Source: Candidatus Saccharimonadota bacterium
Lineage (GTDB): Bacteria > Patescibacteriota > Saccharimonadia > Saccharimonadales > UBA4665
Reading direction: 5' to 3'
Length of the DNA: 32,000 nucleotides
NCBI GenBank assembly: GCA_016700375.1
Contig: CP065016.1
Coordinates: 30,001-62,000 of the forward strand
Shown: in pieces, positions 15,725 through 24,260 of the stretch
Position numbering within the stretch: the stretch's first letter is position 1
Layout: each line of letters begins with the position of its first letter
Translations under genes and position numbers: made by a program
Notes under the pieces: generated by a model
Told to the model about the DNA's origin: nothing
Seen by the model: the letters and a program-made list of their open reading frames with translations, nothing else
Database searches by the model: none

Positions 15725-17506
15725 ATGAAGAGTCTGTGGCGGATAGTGCGTTTTACGCGGGAATTGTGGCCATACTACGCCGGGGTTGCACTATTTTCTG
15801 TGCTGGTGGCCGCCACTACCCAGGTACAACCTTTACTTACGAAGATTATCGTGGACGAAATCACGAAGCTAGTTGGCGAACAACATGTCCAGACAACGGT
15901 GATTATTCTGGCCGTTCTTGGTATATTTCTGGCCGACCTTGGGCAAAACTTATTTAGCAATATTGGTGGAGTGATTGGCGACCAGCTGCAGGCTCGGCTG
16001 CGTAAGACGCTCAGCGAGCGGTACTTTGCCCATTTACTCAAACTCCCACAGCGGTACTTCGACACAGAGCTAAGTGGCAAGGTGCTCAACCAGCTTAACC
16101 GCAGTATCGACCAAATCACCACGTTTGCCCAGGCCTTCAGTAACAATTTTCTACAGTTCGTTTTTAGCACAGTATTGTCGCTGGCAATAATTGCCGTCTA
16201 TTCCTGGCCTGTTGCTCTCATGCTCGGGGCGTTGTATCCCATATTCATCTGGCTCACCACACGTACCAGCGGGCGCTGGCGGGAGTACCAGACAGCTATA
16301 AATGGTGAGTCAGATGTCGCCACTGGCCGGTTTGCTGAAGCTATCGGTCAGATAAAGGTTGTCAAGAGTTTCGGCCAAGAAGCTCGCGAGCTCACCCATT
16401 TCAAAACACGCTACCAGCGTATCGTTGACACGACCTGGCCCCAGAGCAAACTCTGGCACGGCCAAGATTTTATACGTCGACTGGTGCTGAATATAATATT
16501 CCTGGCCGTATATGCCTACATTTGCCTTGAGGCGGTTCATGGACGTTATAGTCTTGGGACTATGGTGCTGCTGCTCCAGTACGCGGCGCTGATACGCATG
16601 CCAATATTTAGCATTAGCTTTATCGTGGACCAGTCACAACGAGCGGTAGCAAACACTCGTGATTACTTTGCCGCCATGGATGAAGCCACGGAGTCAGCTG
16701 CTACAGACAAGGGTGTCCAGCTAAAGGTTACGGCTGGCGAGGTGAAATTCACCGATGTTATTTTTGGCTACGAGGTGAAACGTCCGGTTTTGGACGGACT
16801 CAGTTTTACGCTGCAACCTGGCACTAAAACCGCACTCGTGGGCGAAAGCGGTGAGGGTAAAACGACCATCACAAACCTACTGCTGGGGCTGTATGTGCCG
16901 CAAAGCGGCAGTATTGCTATAGACGGTCAGGACATTTCTGGGTCGACACGGGCGAGTTTGCGGGCAGCATCGGCAGTTGTTTTCCAGGAACCGGCGCTGT
17001 TTAGCGGCACCGTGTATGAAAACATTGCCTATGGCAAACCGGGAGCTACAAAGCGTCAAGTAGAAGCTGCCGCCAAGGCGGCCAATGCCCATGAGTTCAT
17101 AACCAAATTTGAGCAACAGTATGAGACCGAAATAGGAGAGCGCGGCCTGAAGCTCAGCGGCGGCCAAAAACAGCGCATCGCTATCGCCAGGGCGCTCCTG
17201 AAGGACGCGCCTATACTTATCCTCGATGAAGCTACCAGTAGTCTCGACGGCAAAAGTGAGCACCTGGTACACCAAGCGCTCGAACGGCTGATGCAGGGGC
17301 GAACGACGCTCATTATCGCTCACCGTCTCAGTACTATCCAGTCGGTTGATACAATCATCACTATGCAGGACGGTCGCGTCAACGAACAGGGAACGCCCGA
17401 AAAACTTGCAAAGAGTGGTGGAATATACGCACAGCTGCTTTCACTGCAAGCGCGCCATACGAAGCAGGATACAAAACGCCTTAAGCAGTATGAAATTCAG
17501 GCATAA
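15725..17506 (+). CDS. ABC transporter, fused permease/ATPase (MsbA/MdlB-type exporter)
   Basis: It has Walker A GESGEGKTT, the signature LSGGQKQR, Walker B ILILDEATS, and an N-terminal 6-TM exporter domain. ATG 15725 is preferred over the track's TTG 15698 because TATACT lies 6 nt upstream of it. Confidence 0.9.
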   Translation: MKSLWRIVRFTRELWPYYAGVALFSVLVAATTQVQPLLTKIIVDEITKLVGEQHVQTTVIILAVLGIFLADLGQNLFSNIGGVIGDQLQARLRKTLSERYFAHLLKLPQRYFDTELSGKVLNQLNRSIDQITTFAQAFSNNFLQFVFSTVLSLAIIAVYSWPVALMLGALYPIFIWLTTRTSGRWREYQTAINGESDVATGRFAEAIGQIKVVKSFGQEARELTHFKTRYQRIVDTTWPQSKLWHGQDFIRRLVLNIIFLAVYAYICLEAVHGRYSLGTMVLLLQYAALIRMPIFSISFIVDQSQRAVANTRDYFAAMDEATESAATDKGVQLKVTAGEVKFTDVIFGYEVKRPVLDGLSFTLQPGTKTALVGESGEGKTTITNLLLGLYVPQSGSIAIDGQDISGSTRASLRAASAVVFQEPALFSGTVYENIAYGKPGATKRQVEAAAKAANAHEFITKFEQQYETEIGERGLKLSGGQKQRIAIARALLKDAPILILDEATSSLDGKSEHLVHQALERLMQGRTTLIIAHRLSTIQSVDTIITMQDGRVNEQGTPEKLAKSGGIYAQLLSLQARHTKQDTKRLKQYEIQA

Positions 17507-17566
17507 GTATGCTTGTTTCGTGGTAAACAATATGTCAAACTAGGAACATTGTAATGGAGGGTTTTT

Positions 17567-18091
17567 ATGTCGACAACGCGACTGCGTGATAGGATTTTTG
17601 CAGGGCTTGGTGCGCTATTATTTTTGGTAACTGCTTCAGCATTTACCATAGGGGTAGTTATCGATATGATGAAAAAAAAGCCTGTAGTATGTGACATACA
17701 GACACCAGAAAAAAGTTCCATACAAGCCGCTCCAGAGGTCTATAAGCCTCAGGGTGTTGTCAAAGATCTTGAGAAGACTGATCTCGTAGAAGGCAAAGGG
17801 GCCATGGCAAAGAAAGGCGACTGCTTGGTTATGAAGTATCAGGGCAACCTTGCATCAGACGGCACAGTGTTTGATGGCAACTACAATAAAGCACAGGCAC
17901 TACAGTTCAGTCTTGGCCAGGGCCAGGTAATAAAAGGTTGGGATGAAGGTTTAGAGGGGATGAAAGTAGGCGGGACTCGCCGACTTGCTATTCCTGCGGC
18001 TATGGGCTATGGGGAAGGTGGACAGGGAGCAATTCCCGCTAATGCTGATTTGGTATTTATTGTAAAGCTTGAACGTATAAAGACAAACTAG
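17567..18091 (+). CDS. FKBP-type peptidyl-prolyl cis-trans isomerase, N-terminally membrane-anchored
   Basis: It contains FDGNY...FSLGQGQVIKGWDEGLEGMKVGGTRRLAIP...ANADLVFIVKL. A GGAGGG SD and an N-terminal hydrophobic helix are present. Confidence 0.9.
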   Translation: MSTTRLRDRIFAGLGALLFLVTASAFTIGVVIDMMKKKPVVCDIQTPEKSSIQAAPEVYKPQGVVKDLEKTDLVEGKGAMAKKGDCLVMKYQGNLASDGTVFDGNYNKAQALQFSLGQGQVIKGWDEGLEGMKVGGTRRLAIPAAMGYGEGGQGAIPANADLVFIVKLERIKTN

Positions 18092-18105
18092 GCTTTGGAG
18101 TGAAA

Positions 18106-18465
18106 ATGCTAGATGATTTTACACCTCAGGGAAACGTAGCAGAGCTTCAAAGTATAGATCGAGTACTCGGTACCGGAGACACTGTGCAGCCCGGTGCAAC
18201 CGTAACGTGCCATTACACTGGTGCAATCGCAAAAAGTGGTGAAGTATTTCAGAGCTCGCACGACTTTGGCCGCGCTATCAGCTTCCCGCTCAGCGGCGTC
18301 ATTGCCGGCTGGACTCAGGGCGTTCCTGGTATGAAAGTAGGTGGCACGCGCCGTTTGCTTATTCCGGCCGCCATGGCCTACGGTAGTAACCCTCCCTATG
18401 GCTCTGGCATACCGGCAAATGCTGACCTTGTGTTTGATATTGAGCTGGTGTCTATAGAAGGGTAA
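18106..18465 (+). CDS. FKBP-type peptidyl-prolyl cis-trans isomerase (cytoplasmic paralogue)
   Basis: It contains VIAGWTQGVPGMKVGGTRRLLIP...ANADLVFDIELV. ATG 18106 follows a GGAG SD; the track begins at GTG 18100. Confidence 0.9.
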   Translation: MLDDFTPQGNVAELQSIDRVLGTGDTVQPGATVTCHYTGAIAKSGEVFQSSHDFGRAISFPLSGVIAGWTQGVPGMKVGGTRRLLIPAAMAYGSNPPYGSGIPANADLVFDIELVSIEG

Positions 18466-18654
18466 ATTCCAAATAACAAACACCAAATCACAAATAAATC
18501 CTAATGTCTAAATTCAAAATTCAAAATGGGCAGCACCACCGCTTAGAGACTGAAGTATTATTTTGGAGTTTTTTTGAACATTCGGAGTTGTTTAGGATTT
18601 AGAAAATTCGAATTTCGAAATTATTTGGAGCTTGTCATTTGGAGCTTGGAATTT
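18464..18654. repeat. long imperfect inverted repeat built from CCAAAT/ATTTGG motifs
   Basis: AAATTCCAA (18464-18472) pairs with TTGGAATTT (18646-18654), and ATCCTAA with TTAGGAT. CCAAATA and CCAAATC on the left face TATTTGG and CATTTGG on the right. There is an internal perfect palindrome GAAATTCGAATTTC and a tandem ATTTGGAGCTTG x2. Confidence 0.7.
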
Positions 18655-18742
18655 CTCTTAGGGCATGTAGACCGTTAGTCATTGTTGAGCCCTTTCTACG
18701 CTTGCGGGCCGGATTGTATACAAAAACACAATATATAGCGTC

Positions 18743-18771
18743 TTGACGAAAGCGTAAGCACCATATATACT
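18743..18771 (+). promoter_or_regulatory. predicted sigma70-type promoter for the glutaredoxin-like/trxB operon
   Basis: TTGACG (18743-18748), a 17-nt spacer, TATACT (18766-18771). It lies about 80 nt upstream of ATG 18854. Confidence 0.5.
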
Positions 18772-18853
18772 TGTATCTACAGTTTTGTGAAGTGTCTCTC
18801 AAACAAAAAACTGCTACAATAAAAAACCGACATAACCAGTGGAGGGTTATTTC

Positions 18854-19102
18854 ATGGTCAAAAATATTACTATTTTTACGACAAAAACGTGCGCCTACTG
18901 CCCGATGGTCAAGAAGTATTTAGCCGCTAAGGGTCTCGCCTATGACGAAGTCAACCTAGACGACGAGCCGCACCGTCAGCAGGAAGCCCTGGCAATTTCG
19001 GGCGCCCTAACTGTGCCAGTCACCGTCGTTACTCGCCAAGATGATTCACAAGAAGTGGTTGTCGGTTTCAATCTGGCCAAACTAGCGCCAGCAATTAGCT
19101 AA
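18854..19102 (+). CDS. glutaredoxin-like / NrdH-like small redox protein (CxxC)
   Basis: MVKNITIFTTKTCAYCPMVKKYL... has a thioredoxin fold with a CAYC active site. A GGAGGG SD lies 7 nt upstream of ATG 18854. Confidence 0.8.
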   Translation: MVKNITIFTTKTCAYCPMVKKYLAAKGLAYDEVNLDDEPHRQQEALAISGALTVPVTVVTRQDDSQEVVVGFNLAKLAPAIS

Positions 19103-19193
19103 GTTTTTTCACAATTTCTTTTATGCACCTTCCCTGCAACCTAGTGGGGGAGGTGTGTTTTTATGTATACTACTAATAGAAAACGGAGGTACT

Positions 19194-20162
19194 ATGGCGG
19201 AACGGACGAAAGAAAACTCACATACAGTCATTATGGTTGGCGCCGGGCCGGCAGCTTTGAGCGCGGCTATATACACCACGCGCGAAGACATAGACACCAT
19301 GCTTATCGAAAAAGGTGTGCCTGGTGGTCTCGCTGCCGTGACCGACTGGGTCGATAACTACCCCGGCTTCCCAGAAGGCTTGGCAGGGCTAGAGCTTGCT
19401 GGCAACCTGCAAAAGCAGGCAGAACGGTTTGGGGCGGTGATAGACTTTGGCGAGGTTACGGCCCTGCACGACGAAGGCGATTGGAAGCGACTCGAAACGA
19501 CATTGGGCGACCTGTACGCTCGGGTAGTGCTGGTGGCAACTGGTAGCGATTATAAAAAGCTCGGCATACCCGGTGAGGCGGAATACTACGCCCGCGGCGT
19601 GCACTACTGCGCCACCTGTGACGGTGCATTTTACCGCGATAAGCGGCTGGTTGTGGTGGGCGGCGGCAACTCTGCCGTGCAAGAGGCAATGTTCCTCACG
19701 CGTTTTGCGACGCACATAGACCTTATGGTTCGCAGCAAGCTACGAGCTAGCGATGTCTTGCAGAAAGAACTTCAGAAATTCGTTGACCAGGGGAAAATCA
19801 CCGTGCACCTTACTACCACCACCGACGAAATCATCGGCGATGCCGAGGGTAAGGTTGTCCAGGTGAAGGGAACAGATACAGAAAGCGGCAACGAGGTTAA
19901 GATAGACACCGACGGTGTGTTCGTGTTCGTCGGCCTGAAGCCAAACAGCGAGTTTATGGCCGGCCAACTCGAAACTGACGAAATTGGTCTCATTAAGACA
20001 GACGAGAACCTTATGAGTAGCATGAAGGGTGTGTTTGTAGCGGGTGACATCCGCAGTGGCGCGACCATGCAAGTCGCCAGTGCCGTCGGTGAAGGCGCCA
20101 CCGCAGCCCTAAAAATCCGCGAATACCTCGAGGGCCACGTAAACATCCAGGAGGAAGTGTAA
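19194..20162 (+). CDS. trxB: thioredoxin-disulfide reductase
   Basis: It has the FAD motif VGAGPAALSAAIY, the redox centre CATCDG and the NADPH motif GGGNSAVQEA. ATG 19194 follows a GGAGG SD. Confidence 0.9.
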   Translation: MAERTKENSHTVIMVGAGPAALSAAIYTTREDIDTMLIEKGVPGGLAAVTDWVDNYPGFPEGLAGLELAGNLQKQAERFGAVIDFGEVTALHDEGDWKRLETTLGDLYARVVLVATGSDYKKLGIPGEAEYYARGVHYCATCDGAFYRDKRLVVVGGGNSAVQEAMFLTRFATHIDLMVRSKLRASDVLQKELQKFVDQGKITVHLTTTTDEIIGDAEGKVVQVKGTDTESGNEVKIDTDGVFVFVGLKPNSEFMAGQLETDEIGLIKTDENLMSSMKGVFVAGDIRSGATMQVASAVGEGATAALKIREYLEGHVNIQEEV

Positions 20163-20374
20163 TGACAGCAGAAAAAGGACCCCAGAGGGGAATCATCTCA
20201 CCGGAATTAGCAGGTCTTGCCCACCGAGAAGCTACGGGCGAGGATGCAAGCCCTCAAACAGGATGCTTAGGAGGTGCTGCCATTCATGGGGCAGGCCAAG
20301 AAGAAACTATCGTTATAGATACAGCCCCCATTGAGTCAGATGACAATCCATGCATCGTACTGGGCATGGATTAA
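20162..20374 (+). CDS. questionable small ORF (70 aa)
   Basis: The only support is a start overlapping the trxB stop (TAATG). There are no motifs and composition is unremarkable. Confidence 0.25.
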   Translation: MTAEKGPQRGIISPELAGLAHREATGEDASPQTGCLGGAAIHGAGQEETIVIDTAPIESDDNPCIVLGMD

Positions 20375-20512
20375 GCTAATAGTCTGGAGAGCTTTCCTGT
20401 ATCTTGCGCTAGAAAATATGGTTTTTAAGCATGACGCGCAGTCTCAAGTATGAATCATCCCTATAATGTAGTCAGAGACAGGGTGCTCATACCAGAAGTA
20501 CTAGTGAGATTT

Positions 20513-21136
20513 TTACTTAGGATTATGAGTAAGAGTCCACCTGCTGACACCTTTGTCGCGTCCATGTATATCATATGGTTGGACGAAGGTTGGAAGTGCC
20601 GCAAGCACCGTAGTCGAGGGGAACTGTGCGGTTATCACCATACGTGCAACCTGTACATCTATGGGCAACTCATGGAGTAGTATTACAAAGCTTGCTATCT
20701 CGCGCACCTTTTTCTGTGTTTGAGCTGTTTTCAGCGAATTGACTCGTTCTATCAGGCTGTTAATAATGTCTTGACCTGAAAAACTGCCTGATCTATGTTG
20801 AGGCACAAGGTCAGTAAACAAATGTTGATCGTCTATTTTGGTCCAGCCGTTTTCAGGGTAGTTCATTTTACTTGTTGACCAAACTTCAAAGATTTCTCTG
20901 AGCTTGTTAATGTGCGTTGTCTTTTCTGGGGTCACTAGGCCAGATACACTACCCCTTTCACACGTCTCCCTATAGAGCGGGAATAAGCCTAGACTGGCGT
21001 GAATCCCGTTCTCGTTGCCGAGACCTAAAAACGGGGATGCGTTTGCAAACACAATTACTCCACCGTCACCGGCGATAGGAAAATCAAGCCTTCTGGCAGG
21101 TGCTTCGTACGTGCCCCTCGGTACTACTGTAGTCAT
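20513..21136 (-). CDS. orphan protein, 207 aa, no recognised domain
   Basis: Clean ORF 44 nt downstream of, and co-oriented with, the FNR-like gene. No motif was recognised. Confidence 0.6.
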   Translation of the reverse strand: MTTVVPRGTYEAPARRLDFPIAGDGGVIVFANASPFLGLGNENGIHASLGLFPLYRETCERGSVSGLVTPEKTTHINKLREIFEVWSTSKMNYPENGWTKIDDQHLFTDLVPQHRSGSFSGQDIINSLIERVNSLKTAQTQKKVREIASFVILLHELPIDVQVARMVITAQFPSTTVLAALPTFVQPYDIHGRDKGVSRWTLTHNPK

Positions 21137-21180
21137 ATAGGTAGGTTACGATAGCAAACCATGTGTTGCAAGCATATGCG

Positions 21181-21855
21181 TTATAGATTGTTGTACCCCT
21201 CGTAATAATCGTAGATGAGGCGTTCGCGAGGGGTGCCGGTGGCTTCTAGCTCGGCGCCGATGCTTTCGACGAAGCTTTGGCTGCCCGAAAGGTATGTGAG
21301 ACTTTGGGGTGTTATTTTTGCTTGGATTTCCGCGGCAGTTAGTTTTGCGGGATAGTGTATGTCAAAACGCTCAAAATCTGGTATTTCACCTGGGATGAGG
21401 TGTTCCAATCTGTCGTCTTCACTTCGTCTAGCCCACAGGAGCGTTATTGAGCGTGAAAGCTCCGACCTTTCACGCTCCAAAAGCATGGAAATGTAGCTGG
21501 CGAGGGCAATGCCTTGGGCGACGAAAACGAGAGGGGTAGTAGCAAGACGCGGAAGGACGGCGTCGCCGTGCGGCTCGTCTATCAGCATGGTGTCATCAGG
21601 CTTTAGTAGGCGCAGGTGGTGTTTATAGGTGCTACATGGTTCTTCGAGCCGGGTGATAAACCGTAGCTCAGACTCAGAGGGGTGAGATGTTAGGGTAAAC
21701 GTGCGGTGCTGTTTGCCGCGCGGGTCGGTGACGCCAAACGGAAAGGTAAACCGGGCATACTGCCCCGCCACATATTCCACAGCCGTTTTAGGCTGAAACC
21801 GAAACTCCCATACATTTGGCACTACCTCACGCTTGCCCAAAAAACTGACTTCCAT
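21181..21855 (-). CDS. ferredoxin-NADP reductase-like flavoprotein (FAD-binding beta-barrel + NAD(P)-binding domain)
   Basis: 224 aa. RTFTLTS fits the RxY(S/T) FAD-binding motif, and LVFVAQGIALASY resembles the GxGxxP-region NAD-binding strand. The size fits the two-domain FNR family. Confidence 0.6.
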   Translation of the reverse strand: MEVSFLGKREVVPNVWEFRFQPKTAVEYVAGQYARFTFPFGVTDPRGKQHRTFTLTSHPSESELRFITRLEEPCSTYKHHLRLLKPDDTMLIDEPHGDAVLPRLATTPLVFVAQGIALASYISMLLERERSELSRSITLLWARRSEDDRLEHLIPGEIPDFERFDIHYPAKLTAAEIQAKITPQSLTYLSGSQSFVESIGAELEATGTPRERLIYDYYEGYNNL

Positions 21856-21884
21856 TTCACCAGTCTACCAGACCCCCTCATACA

Positions 21885-21910
21885 AAATAAATCGTACGGC
21901 CATACAATTT
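21885..21910. promoter_or_regulatory. operator-like box 1 (imperfect palindrome)
   Basis: AAATAAATCGTACGGCCATACAATTT with core TCGTACGGCCATACA. It lies 30-55 nt upstream of the FNR-like start codon. Confidence 0.35.
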
Positions 21911-21980
21911 AAAAATGACATAACACCATGTTGTATGATACATACGCGCATAAGAAAACGTACTATCACTTTATTAATTA

Positions 21981-22006
21981 AAATAAACTGTACGGCCGTA
22001 CAGCTT
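21981..22006. promoter_or_regulatory. operator-like box 2 (perfect 16-bp palindrome CTGTACGGCCGTACAG)
   Basis: AAATAAACTGTACGGCCGTACAGCTT. It matches box 1 at 21 of 26 positions, including the AAATAAA lead-in, and lies 96 bp from it. Confidence 0.35.
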
Positions 22007-22102
22007 AAGATGAGGATGCTTAGCAAGCGAAATGCGGCAGGGTATTAGCGGTTTTCCGCCAGGGTGAATGGGCGGTAAAAAGCAAAGTAAGATTGAAGTA
22101 AT

Positions 22103-22771
22103 TTATGGTTTTCGAAACAAGTCAGGTCGGTCGGTTATAACGCCGTAGAGGTATGGTCGCCAGCGTTTTGCTTGACGAGGGTTGTTTATGGTATAGGGAG
22201 AAAGTCGGAAACCACCGCGCTTCATGGCACGTAAGAAGCCGCTCCAAAGCCAACGCTGATTCATGCTAATGCGCTTTGTATGGAGTTTGCGGGCGCGGTG
22301 AGTTGCCCGCAGGCCCGACCATTTCTCTATGACAACCAGCTCTATGCCAGGCAACTGTTCTCGCACGTCTTGTAAAATGCGGAAGTCATATGAGGCTACG
22401 GCAAACTCTTTGAGTCGCCAGCCACGTTTTAACCTATCGCGAATAATGCGAACAGTTTGTTTGGTCGGCTCACCCGGTTTTATCTCTATCATAATCCTGC
22501 AGCGGTGGGCGACGGTGCGTATGGTGTGGTCTAATGCTGCAAGGTCTCGTTTGTGCCGGAGTAGCTCTGCATAGGTAGTGCGGGCGATGATAACTTCTCT
22601 GCCGTCGGGGTCTACTACGGCTGCGTCATGATGAACGACCGCAACACCGTCGTGGGTAACGCGGACATCTAGCTCAACCGCGTCGACGCCGTATTCTATG
22701 GCCTTTTCAAAGCTCGCGAGGGTGTTTTCGGGGCTCAAACCTCTCGCGCCGCGGTGCCCAATTATTTTCAT
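22103..22771 (-). CDS. glycerophosphodiester phosphodiesterase (GDPD family)
   Basis: MKIIGHRGARGLSPENTLASFEKAIEYGVDAVELDVRVTHDGVAVVHHD is the canonical GDPD N-terminal catalytic region. Confidence 0.85.
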   Translation of the reverse strand: MKIIGHRGARGLSPENTLASFEKAIEYGVDAVELDVRVTHDGVAVVHHDAAVVDPDGREVIIARTTYAELLRHKRDLAALDHTIRTVAHRCRIMIEIKPGEPTKQTVRIIRDRLKRGWRLKEFAVASYDFRILQDVREQLPGIELVVIEKWSGLRATHRARKLHTKRISMNQRWLWSGFLRAMKRGGFRLSPYTINNPRQAKRWRPYLYGVITDRPDLFRKP

Positions 22772-22801
22772 GCTACTATAATACTATCAAACTGTGTCAT
22801 T

Positions 22802-22831
22802 CCGAGCGAAGCCGACGAATCTTCTGGAACA
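22802..22831. repeat. GTCATYCC-type hairpin repeat unit
   Basis: CTGTGTCATTCCGAGCGAAGCCGACGAATC. Its first 13 nt match MITE-1 positions 558-570 (CTGTGTCATCCCG) with 1 mismatch. Confidence 0.5.
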
Positions 22832-22886
22832 CATAGAGAAGAATTTTCATTTTCGCACACGAACGACTATAGCTAAAGGAGGAAAT

Positions 22887-23414
22887 ATGCCAGATTTTAA
22901 CGTTGTACTTACCCCAGGTGATGTGGAAAACGGTGTCATCAACACAGTGGTGGAGATTCCGAAGTGGTCAACCCTAAAGATAGAGTGGAACCGCAAAGTA
23001 GCTGCGTTTCAGCTGGACCGGGTCGAGCCAAGCATTTTCGCGAAGCCCGTCAACTACGGCTTTATTCCGCAGACCCTTGATGAGGACGGCGACGAACTCG
23101 ACACGCTGGTACTCACCAACGAGCCCATCCCAACCGGTGTGTTCCTGGAAGCCACCGTCATCGGTGTGCTGAAATTTGAAGACGATGGTGAAGTGGACGA
23201 CAAAATCATCTGCGTACCAGCCGACGACCGCAACACTGACGATGCAATAACTTCGCTAGACGATTTACATGCTCGTTGGCGCCAGAAAATCGAGCACCAC
23301 TTTATGCACTACAAAGACCTGAAAAAGCCTGGCTCTACTAAGGTAATGGGTTGGGGCGACGCCGAAGAAGCAAAAAAAATAATCAAAGAGTGTATTAACC
23401 GCTATAAAGGATAA
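22887..23414 (+). CDS. ppa: inorganic pyrophosphatase (family I)
   Basis: It contains VVEIPKWS...YGFIPQTLDEDGDELDTLV...DDKII. ATG 22887 follows an AAAGGAGG SD. The longer track ORF (22794) reads through the repeat element. Confidence 0.9.
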   Translation: MPDFNVVLTPGDVENGVINTVVEIPKWSTLKIEWNRKVAAFQLDRVEPSIFAKPVNYGFIPQTLDEDGDELDTLVLTNEPIPTGVFLEATVIGVLKFEDDGEVDDKIICVPADDRNTDDAITSLDDLHARWRQKIEHHFMHYKDLKKPGSTKVMGWGDAEEAKKIIKECINRYKG

Positions 23415-23416
23415 AT

Positions 23417-23599
23417 GTGGGGTGTCCCGAAACTGCTTGTCCGAGTTACCCAACTCGCATGCGGCGCCTAGAGCAATTCATACTAGATATAGCATTTGGC
23501 GCTGTCGAGGTGCAAACAGCGCCAGCAGAAGGGTTGATTGTTCCTGTCGCATCGCCTATACCCGAAACCCGACCAAGTAAAGGATTGTTTGACGAATGA
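23417..23599 (+). CDS. questionable small ORF (60 aa)
   Basis: It fills the ppa-Nudix gap, has a GTG start, and its stop overlaps the Nudix ATG (ATGA). There are no motifs. Confidence 0.25.
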   Translation: MGCPETACPSYPTRMRRLEQFILDIAFGAVEVQTAPAEGLIVPVASPIPETRPSKGLFDE

Positions 23600-24186
23600 A
23601 TAAAATTGTACCCGACAACGCAATCTTAATACCGGAGAACGCTAAACTCGCTTTTAAGGGTGAGATATTCGATGTCTACCAGTGGCCGCAAACTCTTTTT
23701 GACGGCTCGACCGAAACATTTGAAATGCTCCGCCGCCTCGACACCGTTGTGGTCATATGCATTGTTGAGGGGAAGCTGCTCGTGCTAGACGAAGTACAGC
23801 CGCACCGCGGCGCACGGCGCAATTTTCCCGGTGGCCGGGTAGACGTTACCGACAAATCAATTCTAGATGCCGCAAAGCGCGAAGTGCATGAAGAGACGGG
23901 CTACAGTTTTTCGCAGTGGCGAGTACTAAACGTGACGCAGCCAGTCGCAAAAATGGAATGGTTTATACATACGGTTCTTGCGTGGGGCGTAACGGGGAAA
24001 GACGAGCCGCACCGTGACGCCGGTGAGCAAATTACCGAACGCCTTATGGACTTTGACGAAGTGAAGCGTATGGCAGCGGACGGCGAAGACTATCTTATTG
24101 AGGCTGATGACTTATTCAAACACATCGATAGTATTGAAGAGCTAGAGCGCCTACCGGAGTTTTTGGGCCGCACATACAACGCCTAA
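23596..24186 (+). CDS. Nudix hydrolase
   Basis: The Nudix box is GGRVDVTDKSILDAAKREVHEETGY (Gx5Ex7REUxEExGU). Confidence 0.85.
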   Translation: MNKIVPDNAILIPENAKLAFKGEIFDVYQWPQTLFDGSTETFEMLRRLDTVVVICIVEGKLLVLDEVQPHRGARRNFPGGRVDVTDKSILDAAKREVHEETGYSFSQWRVLNVTQPVAKMEWFIHTVLAWGVTGKDEPHRDAGEQITERLMDFDEVKRMAADGEDYLIEADDLFKHIDSIEELERLPEFLGRTYNA

Positions 24187-24189
24187 GTC

Positions 24190-24218
24190 TTGCCACGTAC
24201 CACTTGTTTAACTACAAT
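24190..24218 (+). promoter_or_regulatory. predicted gap promoter
   Basis: TTGCCA (24190-24195), a 17-nt spacer, TACAAT (24213-24218). The gap gene has a strong GGTGGAGG SD. Confidence 0.45.
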
Positions 24219-24260
24219 AGAAGCGTAAGCGAATAACTCTGTAGAAAAGGTGGAGGCTGT

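Noticed and set aside
22794-22886. N-terminal extension of ppa (track ORF starts at 22794)
   Set aside because: The extension reads through a GTCATTCC repeat unit. The canonical ppa N-terminus with an AAAGGAGG SD begins at 22887.
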